Below, piece by piece: positions 23,309-35,848 of a DNA stretch of 64,000 bases; position 1 is the first letter of the stretch, and each line of letters begins with the position of its first letter. Location of the stretch: assembly GCA_030295235.1 (NCBI GenBank), contig AP026162.1, positions 1,302,001 to 1,366,000 of the forward strand, read 5' to 3'. The translations under genes were made by a program, and so were the position numbers. The notes under the pieces are model-generated. The model worked only from the letters and a program-made list of their open reading frames with translations. It ran no database searches and was not told the DNA's origin. Source of the stretch: Fistulifera solaris (lineage: Eukaryota).

Positions 23309-24300
23309 GATGATGAAGTATAGACAAGACAGCGAATGGACTTTGCAACGCAGAAGATCCCTTACAAAGGATAGATTCGATATTCACGAAAGAAAGACAA
23401 CCAAATGCTGCTTCGAGGAAAATAGAAGTGCTTCGCTAGAAAAATAAAGCCACGGCGACGAATAAAAATGCGTGGCATTTGTCGGCAGTTGAAAACCGAT
23501 TTACGCGAAGCAACCAAGATATCTAGTTTTTTAGCTACACGAAGATAGATCGACATACTGAATTTAGTACCACTCGGTCTTTTGACATGTGCTGACTGAC
23601 GGAAAATTCGGATTATGTCACTCTGGGCTTTTTAGTAAAAGCATGGAATCTGAAATGACTCATAGGATTTGGCTATCGAGCAAAAAGTGGAGTTCATGCA
23701 CGACAAACATTATCAAGTCCTGCTGATCGAAATAATTAGTATTGTCTATTTCACTCTGATCTCCAACGGTCGGAAGCGTTTCCGAACTCCGGTCGGCGAT
23801 CAGGAATGGACGGGTCCTGTCGCCACTCGTGACTCCTCTTTTTCTCTTGACTTGCTGGTTTAGCACTTCTTGGCACTCAAGAGCAGTCGACAAGACGAGA
23901 AAAAAGAACCTGGTGACGTAGCATGAATCTGAAACGGAAGTTATCACTTTTTCGTGATGTTTGACGAGGGTCTTCTATTCATGTCGACAATGTTTATTTT
24001 TGAGCTTTACTATGTGATGTCTACTACTTTACCACGACTGGATTCCAGTCAAAGGCGATCTTGTATGAAGCACTTTGGGAAACCGGAAATAGGGAAGTAT
24101 GGAAGGTCGTTATCAGGTAATGACAATCATCTCGCCGGTACTGACGTCTGCAAATTATAGGCATGTGCAGCATTTTGAGATGTAAGGACTGGTATCCTTC
24201 AGATATTTTTGTCCAACCACTATGGTAACTCTAGCTATAACTTTTGAAGCCTTCTTTGCTCTGGATTGGTCTACTGGTTATTTGTCGGTAATAAGGACGG

Positions 24301-24690
24301 TAGTGAAAATGGCAGTCGACGATACGGATGCTTTTCGACGCAAATAGTTGCGTCTTGAATAAAGATGATAGTTAGTTCATACATTGGTATTTCCGTGGCA
24401 TTCGGGTATAGACTTCATGCTTTTGTTTGAGGACAATGTTGGTGCTTTGATTGCTTCGGTGGGCGTTTCACAAACTGTAGGCTACTTACTCGTGACTGCA
24501 ATTTAGTCGTGATCGCGTACAACCAACACTTTACCATTATAGTGAAAATTGCATCCGACGATACGGATGCTTTTCGACGCAAATAAGGTTAGTTGCCTTT
24601 CGAATAATGAAGATTTCCATGGCATTCGTCGGTGATAACACTTCGCGCTTTTGTTTGAAGAAGACGTTGGTGCATTTGATTGCTTCGGTG
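24301..24690. repeat. Imperfect direct duplication of a ~150-160 bp non-coding segment (24301-24461 / 24540-24690)
   Basis: Both copies share tagtgaaaat..., cgacgatacggatgcttttcgacgcaaata and tttgattgcttcggtg. Confidence 0.85.
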
Positions 24691-24825
24691 AATTTTTAAT
24701 TCTTCGATGATTGCGAACTTCCTGTGATCTCCTATTGTACTGATATTCACCAAGTTACACGACATGAAATTTGTTCACAGTTTAACACAACAGCGACTCT
24801 TTTGAGTGCAATCGGTATCACCAAA

Positions 24826-26009
24826 ATGGAAGACGATAAATCTTTACTCCAGTACATCACCTGCGATGCCGAACGGTGCACGAAGTCGAATCCTGCACAT
24901 CGTTGTTCGAGATGCAAGATTGCTTATTATTGCAGTCCAACTTGCCAAAAATCAGACTGGAAGAGGCACAAACTAGGATGTCGTCCGCTAGACAAGGCGA
25001 GAAAAATACACGCGGATTCAACCAATGTGAAGGAATTGGGTCTTAATGAAGGCATTACTTTTTTTGAAGAATGGCAACCGTGAGTCGTTGGGACCGTGCG
25101 GCATCAGCTTAGAAGACACGATCGATGATCCTGTGATATTTGACAAGTGCAAGCACGCATTTTGTTGCGCCTGTTTGGTTCGCTTTCAAAAGGCCACCGC
25201 GTTATCCGACCCTGAGGATAAGGGCTCTAGATGTCCATATTGCCGCGCAGAGATTCCCAACTTGATCCAGTCGACTCACGCTAAAGTATGCGTTATAATA
25301 GCAAGAGTCACTCGTGGCGATTTGTCGGACAAAGAGCGTAAGGAACTGGCGAGCAAAGCTTTGACAGATTTACAAATGCTGTGGGATACAGGAGACCCCG
25401 GATTGAAGATGAATCTCACGCACACTCGAGCGACTCTTCTGAGTTACTGTGGTGATTACAAGGCTGCGTTAAAGACTCTAAAAGAAGCCATTCCAGTGTT
25501 TACTGAGATGGCTGAGAGAGGTGCAATGGCCGTGGCACTTCTGGAAAAATGTCAGAGAGAAGACCTCGATGTTATTGAAGAAGCAACAAAGCGTAACCTC
25601 GCAGAGCCAGGAAGTAAAGACAGACTTGGTCGGGCTTTACTTTGAAATTGCCAAGGTGCAACAGAAACTTGAAGACTGGCAAGCTGCATGGGACACATTG
25701 CAATATATTTGTGACAACTTTCAATTAGGATCCGAGATGACTATACATCAACAAATGGAGGTGTTTCTTAGTTCTCAGCAGTGCGCCAATCAAATGAAGG
25801 CTTATATGCACTCCATTCAATTTGGAGAAGCTATAATGGACCAGAACAGATTCTATCCCACCGTACACAAAGCAACCGCTATTGCGTACAGAGAACTAGG
25901 AAACATAGAGCAAGCGCGGAAGCTTGCAGCAGGGGCAATTCTGTATGAAGCACCTTGGGATGAAGAGAACAAGAGAAAAAACTGGGAATTTTGGAGGGAG
26001 TTTACCTAA
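24826..26009 (+). CDS. MYND zinc finger - RING-like - TPR protein; two frameshifts (~25060, ~25618), possibly decaying
   Basis: MYND CSRCKIAYYCSPTCQKSDWKRHKLGC; RING-like CGIS...CKHAFCCAC...CPYCR; TPR-like helices ending AILYEAPWDE. Confidence 0.7.
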
Positions 26010-26149
26010 TATCTTTCGTTCGATGACTGTCCTTGTTGCGTGATGGACTTTTACCTAAGTTAATAGTTGGCACTAACAAACATGCCAGACCAAAGTTATG
26101 TTGAACGCTGTCTAGAGGGATCTCTGATCTGGTCGAAGCGACTAACGCA

Positions 26150-26860
26150 AAGATATTCATGATAGCAGCAAGGATAAAGCGTGGTGTATTGCCGGAAGAT
26201 GAACTCAAAGAACTGGCTGCTAAGGCTCTTGCGGATTTCAAATGCTTTGCGTTAGCGGGGACACGTTGTTGAAGGTTCACTTTGCACTTAACCGGGCAAC
26301 GCTTCATTGTTATCTAGTGATCGCAAGGCTGCATTAACAAAATATACACCGAAACGGCTGAAGACGGTGTAACAACTGAGGCAGTGATGGCAAAATGTAT
26401 AGGAGAAAACCTCGCTTCTTGGAAGAAATCAAGAAGTATAACCTCGGAGCTCCGGGAGGTGTGATGAGTAAGACCAATTTAATCAAATTTTATTTGAAAG
26501 TTGCCGAGATCCAAATGAAGCTTAGGGACTGGAAAGCTGCGCTGGAAACGTAAACGAAAACAATTGAAGGTTTCAAGCTGCGTTTGGTAATGACTGCATA
26601 TCAACAACGGGAGATCTTCGTTAACTCACAAGAGTGCGCCTTTCAGATGAAAGATTATCGTTACGCTATGCAGCTTTGAGAAACCGTTATTTAAACTAAT
26701 AGGTTTCACCCCGGGATACATAAAACAACCGCCGTCGCTTATAGAGCGATAGGTAAGGTGGAGAAAGCGCGTTATTTAGCAGCAAGGGCGATCCTTTATG
26801 AAGCACCATGGGATGAAGGAAATAGGAAAAAGAATTGGGAGTTCTGGAGGGATATAACGA
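26150..26860 (+). pseudogene. Degraded tandem copy of the TPR part of the upstream MYND-RING-TPR gene
   Basis: Fragments IAARIKRGVLPEDELKELAAKALADF, YLKVAEIQMKLRDWKAALET* and AILYEAPWDEG are colinear with the 25300-26000 protein but broken by stops and indels. Confidence 0.8.
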
Positions 26861-26983
26861 GGAAAACGTCGCTACTCCCGAAACCATGACCTTCCACGCA
26901 AAACATACTTTCGTATCCAAATATTGAGTAACAATTTAATCAGTGAGTAACAATTTAATCAGTGAGTTATAGTCAGTCGCTAG

Positions 26984-28542
26984 CTATAAGGTTTCAAATA
27001 AGCATTGATGCACTGCTGTATTTTGCAAGTTACACGCAACCTCTGTTTCTGTGTCGCAATTGACGGGCAGTAAAGACGAATGCCACCAGTCTTTTCCAGC
27101 TGCTCGATCACCTCCCATTTCAATCCACCTCTGTGTTCGCTGAGATGGTCGCATACCATCAAGTTGCTGTATTGTACGGCCTGTATCAGTCTGAATACAA
27201 CGTAAACCTTTGGCATTCGCTAAAGTGCGAACCGTGAGTGCTACGTCCTCACAGTTTGTCTTGAACAGAAACCTGGCTTTCAAGTTACCGACAGAAGACT
27301 TTTGTAGAATCGTCACAATTATATCCATCACGCTGGAGTCGATCATGAATCCCGACTCAACACCGTCAGGGAGCTGTGAATTTCCATAATCTTCGTGCAC
27401 TAATCGGTACGGTGTAGGGAACTGAACTAAAATTAGAGCGACTGGCCCTTGGTAACGTTCGAGAACTTGCTTCAGAAGTGTTTTCGTTGAGCATGTAACA
27501 AAAGAAAGTCGTTTACCAATGCCCCATCTGTGTGCAATACCATCAGCAAAACGTGTAGCGCCTTGATTCAAATCGCCGCCGATGAAATTGCAATCCGGAA
27601 AGTCTGCCCCTGATAAAAGAGGAGATGGATCTACGCTTTTCTCGCAAGATGCTAATCCAAGTAAGGATACACCGAAACCACAACCAACATCGATCACTAG
27701 GGGCTTTTTTGGGTTTTCATAACGTCGCCACCATACGTCTGCACCCAACGTGATCTCTGCTTCATCTACTATTCTAGTGGAGGTCGGTTTCGCCAAGCTC
27801 ATCGAGTATCTCCACAGCCACACACGCGGTCGCGCTGAAAGCAAGCTGAAAGCTTTTACTCTCAGTAAATCATCGTTTCCTGGTTCCAGCTTTGGGCCTT
27901 TTTCGAGGACACACTCTGCAGCAAACCTAAATGCCTTTTCAGCGTCGCCGCCCTTTTCACCCGAGGCAGCCAACTTTTCCACAATTTGCAAAATATCTTT
28001 CCCACGCCTCGAGGGCCTCTTACCGACACGATAAAGTTCCAGTAATGTAATTTTACTGAGGGCTTTGAAGAGGCCGTCATCTATTACTCCCGCAAGAGCT
28101 AGGTTGAACGCCGTGTCGGCGCACGTTCTCCCCCAATGTCTGTCCCCAAGGTCAAGTTCAGATGGCATCGCAGCTTGTCTACAATGCTATTGATTTTCGA
28201 TTCGTCCACCGGCTCCTGCCTTTGTGAAGACTCTTCTAAATAACCCAAAGCTTCTTTGGCGATTTGCAGCGCATTCTGGATGGATTCGGGACGAGAAATG
28301 ACACGCCATTCATTTTCATCAAACGGAATGTTCTCCGGGAGTATGTGCCAATCGTCGCCGACTCGGAATCGCTTATCGCTCGGTCCCAAGTTACGTCGAA
28401 CTACAAAGACAAAGCCATACTTGACAAGGAAGTGACAGCTGTTCATGGCGACCTCTACGCAGGACGCCTCGCGTAAAGCTCTTTGTAGCGCAAAGAACGC
28501 TTGTGGGGCCGGAGATAGCAAACCTCCAAGCGCTTGATCCAT
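26984..28542 (-). CDS. SAM-dependent methyltransferase, TrmB/Trm8 (tRNA m7G46)-like C-terminal domain; apparent frameshift at ~28132
   Basis: VIDVGCGFG, NFIGGD, VQFPTPY, FKTNCED, DTETE. The N-terminal ORF 28099-28542 joins via the G5 run. Confidence 0.65.
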
Positions 28543-29016
28543 TCGCGGGTCGCTCTCTGGGTTAATTGTCCATGTTGTGGATGACCAACACGCGTCCAGT
28601 ACGTCGATTAGGTCGGTTGATGATCTTGTCGGAGCTGCACGAAAACTTTGTGAAAACGATGATAGTGTTCGCTGATGCCGAGAGTATATTCGACAGCTAG
28701 TGAGCCTAGATTGCTGATTGAATGCACTGACTTGGACTCGTGAGAATATCGAGCGAACGTTCGTTGCTACAAAAAGAACAACATGATTGTCGCAAATCCC
28801 CGATACGGTGCGGATCGATTTTCTTTCATCGTTTTAGAGTGTGCGAAGGCATCTTCCTAACAGGTGAACCGAGATTCTGTACTCGACTAATGAGAAGGAA
28901 TTGCACGCTATCAAAAGGTGTAATTTGACCTCAAACTTTATATTTCTCTCAATGCCGTCTTCCAAAAAAATCAAATGGATAGCGCCCAATATCGAAATGA
29001 GCAATGCAGATGATTA

Positions 29017-29200
29017 GTCCAGATTTTCTGGGAGAGTGTAAATTGAAAATACAACTGGTCCAGATTTTCTGGACCAACATCCCCAGATTTTCTGGGAATT
29101 TGAAAATGCAAATGGTCCAGATTTTCTGGACCACGTCTAACTCACCAATCAAACAGATTTTCTGGGAATTTGAAAATACGACTAGTCCAGAATTTCTGGT
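29017..29200. repeat. Array of six palindromic CCAGATTTTCTGG units
   Basis: Copies at ~29019, 29060, 29083, 29117, 29154 and 29187; two extend to GGTCCAGA-TTT-TCTGGACC. Confidence 0.9.
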
Positions 29201-29230
29201 GAGAGGGAAAGCGGAACATCGTGTAGATTT

Positions 29231-30050
29231 ATCACACCATTTATCGCGTCTTTCGAAGACCAATGTCAACAATACCAGTACTTTGCTCAACTTCGTTTTG
29301 CATAATATTTAAAAATTAAGTTTGTAGAAAGATACAACGCTTCCAGTGTCTACGCGCATTCTACGTAGCCGCCCTAGGAAATTTATCTCTGCAGGGGTAC
29401 CCGGATATTACATTTTTTACCAACATCCAATTCTGGGCTTCTCCAGTGCACAGATGTCAACGTTGCGTTGCGCAATGTATTGGATTCGTATCAGGAAGCA
29501 ATAACCGCCTTCGAGTTGACAATAAAATGTTGATGGAACGAATGATGCAACATTTCGAATGTCTACGTGATTATACGTAGCTCTCGTAGAGAAATTTCTC
29601 GACAGAGGGAAAACCCGGATATTACTCAATTTCGATCACACCATTGTTCGCGTGTTTTGGACACCAGTGTCAACAATACTTCATTCCATCATCGCTAATA
29701 CATGCCATGAAACAATTATCGACTTTGTTTTATCATTAACATGAAACAGTAAATTTTAATACAACGCTTCGAATGTCTACGCGCATTCTACGTAGCCGCC
29801 CTAGGAAATTTATCTCTGCAGGGGTACCCGGATATTACATTTTTACCAACATCCAATTCTGGGCTTCTCCAGTGCACAGATGTCAACGTTGCGTTGCGCA
29901 ATGTATTGGATTCGTATCAGGAAGCAATAACCGCCTTCGAGTTGACAATAAAATGTTGATGGAACGAATGATGCAACATTTCGAATGTCTACGTGATTAC
30001 ACGTAGCTCTCGTAGAGAAATTTATCGACAGAGGGAAAACCCGGATATTA
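29231..30050. repeat. Tandem duplication of a ~410-430 bp non-coding unit
   Basis: 29332-29625 is nearly identical to 29759-30050. The more diverged atcacaccatt...tgtcaacaatac segment is at 29231 and 29635. Confidence 0.92.
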
Positions 30051-30343
30051 TTAAAAAACAAAACGCTGACGGAACGGATGTCGTTCAAAAACTACTATAG
30101 ACGATACTGTAGACGACCTTTTCTTTGACTGAATTCAGTCACGAGTCGCGACACAGTCATTCTTCAATCTAGCACAACCTCGTGATGCTTGTGCCCAAAT
30201 CTAGTGCATTACAATAAAAATATAACGTGTAGATGTGATGCGCAACATGTGTTAAAAAATATCTCAGCGCACTGTCCCAAACAGTTATTCAAGCAGCGAA
30301 CAACACCAGACGAGAGCGCCGATGATGCATTGTACAGAAGAAA

Positions 30344-31420
30344 TTACTCGACTTTCTTGGCTTCGACTTCCCACGGTCGCGGAGGCGCCTTGGGTAGAGG
30401 AATGCCGTTGGCGGCATCGCGTTCTCGTCGTGCTTTTCCCATGGCCCAAGCGGAAAGACCGCGCTTTCGGTTCCAGACTAATCCAACGCAGGCAAGCATA
30501 TCAATGAACAGCCGAGAAGGATTGAACTGTGACGAAATGCCGAATTCAGAGGCAGAGTAGTCAAAGGGGTATTTGTGGTGCCAGTTGTGCCATCCTTCAC
30601 CAATGGCGAACCACGACACGAGCGGGTTCTCGGCGGGGTAACTGAGGACATCGTACGGGTGATCGCCGTACAAGTGAGCCGCCGAGTTGACGAGCCAAGT
30701 GCAGTGCAACACGTAGCAATATCGGAGACCACCAGCAACCAAGAAGGCTGTCCAGAAGTCTTCGCCCCAGAAGTGTGATGCGACTTGAGCGGGCATGACG
30801 TAGCACATGTAGAGAGCAAACCAGGGATCCAGCTTCTTTTGGAATACAACAAGGGGATCTTCGAGCAAGTCAGAGAAATCCATATCACGACCTGCTTTGA
30901 CGACATCCGGATGCTTCTTGATGAGCAACCATCCCATGTGCGCGAAGAAGAATCCGCGAGTGGCGTTGTGCGGGTCGGCATGTGTCTCGGAGTATTTGTG
31001 GTGTACACGGTGATCACGCGACCAGTGATAGATCGATCCTTGGTTAGCAATCGAGTTGGCAAGCATCAGAACCAATCGGACGACGAAATGTGCTTCGTAC
31101 GACCGATGAGCCCATAGTCTGTGTACGCCAGATGTAATACCGAGGCCGCTGTGTTTTGAAGTAGAAAAGCATTCTCATTAGTTTACAGGCCGATTATCAG
31201 AAACAGGATGAGGCACATTAACAACTTACCTGATAGGCCACAGAATGAATGCCCATAGAAGAGTTTCCTTAGAGCATTTGGGAAGAGCAAAGAGTCCTGC
31301 GACGGCGACAATGTGAACTAGCGAGACGTAAATGATCATGGGGTAGTTCAAGTTGCCCTCTTTGTAGTGGTCGTAAGCCACTTTGGGGATATTGCGGAAC
31401 ATTTGCGGTGAGAAATCCAT
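30344..31420 (-). CDS. Delta-9 acyl-CoA fatty acid desaturase (copy B); intron 31149-31229
   Basis: MDFSPQMFRN...WPIS|GLGITSGVHRLWAH, HRVHH, HNWHH. Intact frame, with a 191-nt exon 1 as in copy A. Confidence 0.95.
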
Positions 31421-32851
31421 ATTGTCGATAATTATAGAATAAATGGAGACGGTCAATTCATGAGGGATCAGGCAATCGCGACGAAAGTTGTGGTTCTCTC
31501 CAACCAGGCAAATGAGAATTGATGTGGCAATTTGCAATTTGTGTGTGATGACGGGGCGAAAAAAGAAAGAAAAGATCCTCCCACGAGGGCTCAAGTGGGA
31601 TGGGTGTGACTGGTGACGGCGCCCAAAAATTCCAGACTTGTCGGCATCCGGTACTCCCTGTATATTTTCGAAGTGTAGAAAAGGTTCCCAGCTTACGACT
31701 TTTTTGTCTGGCCAAGACGTAAGCAGCGCACAAGCCAACACATTTACTATAGGAGGGAGAGTTGGTGAGACGAGATGACGTAATCATAGCGGTGAAAGTT
31801 TGCACCTCTAATTATCCTTGCCGTCTACACTATAAAGTTATGAGTAATTTTACAATTAAGGCTTTACGGTACCCCATCCTGATATCGCAAATAATGCTCT
31901 GTCTAAATATTCAAATTTGATATATACGTAATCCGTCCAACATCATTCAATGTCAATCAAAATGTATCCTTGAGATACCGATACGATCTTGAAATCAATT
32001 ACGTAGTACGGAGTACAGTATTGATTATTGATGTTCTTTGTTCTTTGGCACATGACATACGTAATACTCATGACACAAGCAGTGGGACTGGAAGCGATCG
32101 TTGAAAAAGTCGGTCGGTTCCGATTTTTCCAAGATCTCGTCTGGCGGCTTGCGGCTTGCTTCGAAACGATCACAACATAATAGCATCAATCACAGGTAAG
32201 ATCAAGTTGTTCATTTGAAATTTGAAATTCAGATGAATGTGTGTGTCACTATTCCATGCTCGAGAAATACATTTCAATCATTGGATGTTGGAAGGGTCGA
32301 GATGTCTGTTTCACGACGGCATGACCAGAGACGTTGTATTTGTTCTCGTCGTTCGTTTGGCACCTTCTTTGCGGTCATCCAGACGATTCGGACTTGCGAT
32401 ACAACGAGAGGACGATGTAGTCAATCACCCAAGCTTTTGCATCAGTTCCACTATCTTCAGCTTTAAGAAGGCGCGGTCGTCGTTTCAAAAGAGCTTTTCC
32501 AACCTCGAATCTCGACATGTCGAGAATTGTTCGTAAATTCGTTCACAAAGTCCCGTAAAAAACGTACTGGACGCCGTGATGGATTTTGACACGAAAGAGG
32601 TGCGGTTTTGGAATTTGACACTTAGTACACTTAAGACCCTAGTACATCCCCTCTGCGACATCGAAGGAATCATCTTCGCTCGATCACCGACCATTGCACA
32701 TCACGTCTCACAATTTCATCGCACTGCTATTGTTTTCTTGCCTTCAGGTCTATAATATGACAAAGTGTTGCTTCAGAAGATTTACCTTATCAACTCGTAC
32801 GAACTCAAATACAACTACGTCTATTGGACGACAAACTTTGTGGAACGGCAC

Positions 32852-34116
32852 ATGACAAGATCGGCATTCCGTCTAGCACAGCTCAACCCTCTCCCTTCCG
32901 AACACGCCAAGCTGGGCGTGGCAGCGGGACGTGGAGCCATTACAGTTGAAAGACTGAAAAAAGATACAATTATTGACAGTGATAGTGAAGATGAAGAGGT
33001 TGCTGTCACTTGCTTCAGAGGATTACGTGTGGAGGACGAATTCGACAGCAGTGACGACGACGATGAAAGTTCGAACGCTACAGACGATGAACTAGATGGA
33101 CCTTTTTCAGCTGGGTAAGTAATATGCACCAATGCTACGAGCTCATTGATGTAAATACCGCGTCTCACTTGTCGCACAGTCGAGAAGGTGTTGTTCGTTT
33201 TGTCTCCAGGCGTGTTGCCGTTGGTGATTCAGAGCTTGTGAAACCCACACCATCCGCAGCGAAAGCAGAGACTTTCAGCTTTATGAAAGATGCTGGGGAG
33301 TGCTGCTTCAACCCGCCATTGTCATCTTTCTCGCTTCACGCAACCGGTGGCAGCAACGACGAAGAAGAAATCGAAGAAGTGGACGTGGAGAGGAGAGACG
33401 ACGAATCTCAGCAGTCTTCATCGTCTTCGGAAGCATGCGATGAATATGACTTGGCTTCTAGGATTGTTTCTGAGTGCACGGATGGCAGTGCTTCAGACAC
33501 GATTGGGTTCGACTACTTCGCGTTAGGAGATAGTGACAATGATGATGAACTTTCCGAAATTCTTGAGAATTTAGCTCAAAGTTCAGCTTCTGGTGTACAA
33601 GACGAAATGGAGACTTCAGAACGTTTTATTGGTGTTATGGGAGATAGCGACGACTTGGTGTCTACTCCCAAGGCAAAGCGAGTGCTCTCTTACAATACAC
33701 TCTCGGAATTGAGTGAAGAAGGAAAGCTGAAAATAGGTCCAAACAAACGACCCAGGTTGATGGGTCAGCCATCTTCATTATTGGCGGCTCTTGCGTTAAA
33801 CACTGCTGCGATGTACGACAAATCAGCGATCTCCGCGGACGAAGAGGACAAAATCTGTTCGACGATGAAAGATGAATTGCTTGACTGTGGCGATTCGAAC
33901 CTTGCGGTAAAGAAACCCATTCCACTTCTCACACCTCCCAGTTCGCCTTTCACGATGACGATTGATGGCGATGTTCCGACAGCTGTCTGTGAATGGCCTT
34001 CCAACCTTGTTGTTGACAGTGCGATGACGGTAGCGTGTGAGCTGAGCCCTCTGAGCTTGGCGTCTTTGGAAGACTTGGAGCTCCGCGACACCGATTTTAA
34101 TTGTTTAGCGTGTTAA
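32852..34116 (+). CDS. Acidic hypothetical protein; intron 33115-33179
   Basis: A GTAAGT...CACAG intron joins ORFs 32765-33118 and 33124-34116 in frame. C-terminal PLLTPPSSP...VCEWPSNLVVD motif. Confidence 0.7.
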
Positions 34117-34528
34117 ATAGCTACGGAGTATAAGATAGTCATGGTATAAGTATGTTCACGAAAATGTTCTTTCGTTAGCTAGCTGGCTAGCTAGGAGTCT
34201 CTGCGTCATTAATGCATGATGCTCATAGCTCATAGAGCTGTTCGAGACGCGCTGAGTCACTATGGACGTCACCAAAAAACGTCATCAGGCTACATTTACT
34301 TGTAAAGTAGAATGATTGCAACAAAACGAATTTCGGTGCAGGCCATGGAATTCTTCCGCGTTGTCCATCGATCACCATTGAAAGCCCACGAGAAAGGAAA
34401 CCAAGCATTGTGAACGGCTGTTTCTAGAATAGTCGACCGGAACGTATAGCTCGCAATCTTTGTTCATCATCCGCTTCTTATTGATTGTCGCACTATTCCA
34501 ATTTAAAAGTTCGCTCGTGTCTGCTGTG

Positions 34529-35226
34529 ATGATTTGGCCATTGCATTCCAATCGACGATGGAAATATGCGTCTTATGTGACGCTCATTTTAGTGACAACA
34601 ATATTGAGTTCGTCAAACGCATTTGTGCCGTCGTCGGCAACACGACTAAATGCTGTTAGGATATGGCCGCTCGCCATGTCGTCTCATGAAGAAGATCTAC
34701 GAGAACAAACCAATCCTTCCGAGCTGAATGAATCACCTTTTCGGTCATTTTTGCACGAAATTGGCTGGAGAAATAAAAAGAGGCCGCCCGTTCAAGTTGA
34801 TGACACTTATCTCCTTTTCTACGACATCTTTCTGATCCTTAATCTCTGTGCGTCGATTTCCTTTTGGGTCGTACATCGTATGGATTTCAATTACATTGGT
34901 TCAGCCTTCAGCGAGGGATGTTTGATGAGTATTTTGTGGATAGGATCAGGTCTTTACACAGGCGCATTTCTATATTCGGCAGTGGATGGCCACTACAATC
35001 CGGGAGATGAACGTGGGGGCCGCAAGCCGCAGGCTTGTTGGGGTTTCAGACTTTTCTTAATGCCGTCAACTTACGACTCGTCTTTGCGCTCGTCTCGGCG
35101 CTTCTGCAACACAGGCCTGTCGGATCTGGATTAGGTGAAGATTTACTGCCACTTGAAATTGGCTTTGGTTTGGTTTTAATGGGATGTTGGCGACTTTTTC
35201 ATTCATCCTTTGTTCCCCGTTTGTAA
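34529..35226 (+). CDS. Probable plastid-targeted membrane protein; apparent frameshift at ~35020
   Basis: Signal peptide ending SSNAFVP (ASAFAP-like), then several hydrophobic helices that continue in ORF 35035-35226. Confidence 0.65.
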
Positions 35227-35311
35227 CATGTACGGTATTGAAAGTTCGTTGCGCTGAGTTGTTAGAAAAATAAAGTAATTATTAATTTATGATTTTTCGA
35301 TACACGGATTA

Positions 35312-35848
35312 TTAATCACACAGCTGAACACCATCATCATTTCTTTTCTGCACAGCATACAGGTCGAACTTCGTAAATTTCTTGCCGGTAACCCAGATGT
35401 AAAATGTCCCATCTCCTCTGTTCTCGGTATTGAAATCACAAACCGCGTTTTCAGGGCCTCCTGTTATCTTTTGTTTCCTGCATTGTGTATCGGTGTTGAT
35501 ATTATCTCCATTAAGAAAAGGTTTTCGTCGTTTGTCCATATTGACCTCCAGAATGGCATTGCCGCCATTGGGGTCTACATATTCGTACCACTGGATGCCT
35601 ATTACGGCACAGCTCACATCACCAGTAAATTTTGCCTTGTACGCAAGCGTTTGGCCGGGACGAACGCTCCCGCGTGCTCCTAAATCCGTCAGTTTATCGG
35701 AGGAAAATGTACCCAAATCCATCATTCGGAGTCCCCCACTCAAAAACTCTTCACGGCCGTCGTCGAAGCGAGAGAAGAGGGACCCAAACTCCTCCTGGGC
35801 TTTTGTTGCAATAATTAAAAGAAAAGATACTAGCAAAACCGTATTCAT
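35312..35848 (-). CDS. Secreted beta-rich protein, paralogue 1
   Basis: Signal peptide MNTVLLVSFLLIIATKA. Shares FDDGR, RPG.T..YK.KFT.DVS, NA.LEVN, INTD..CR and C.FNT..RGDGT..IWVTGK.FT with 36409-36960. Confidence 0.75.
   Translation of the reverse strand: MNTVLLVSFLLIIATKAQEEFGSLFSRFDDGREEFLSGGLRMMDLGTFSSDKLTDLGARGSVRPGQTLAYKAKFTGDVSCAVIGIQWYEYVDPNGGNAILEVNMDKRRKPFLNGDNINTDTQCRKQKITGGPENAVCDFNTENRGDGTFYIWVTGKKFTKFDLYAVQKRNDDGVQLCD

Noticed and set aside
12228..28542. Programmed ribosomal frameshifting or mass pseudogenisation
   Set aside because: Shifts are both +1 and -1, lie in simple homopolymers, hit unrelated conserved genes and come without nonsense codons; assembly error is more parsimonious.
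29417..30088. Duplicated short ORFs (29417-29629, 29843-30088, 29773-30006)
   Set aside because: By-products of the tandem duplication; the frames are not consistently preserved between copies.
32020..32520. Possible small minus-strand gene (MSRFEVGKALLKRRP...)
   Set aside because: The ORF is only ~47 codons and no convincing splice pair links it to downstream open segments.
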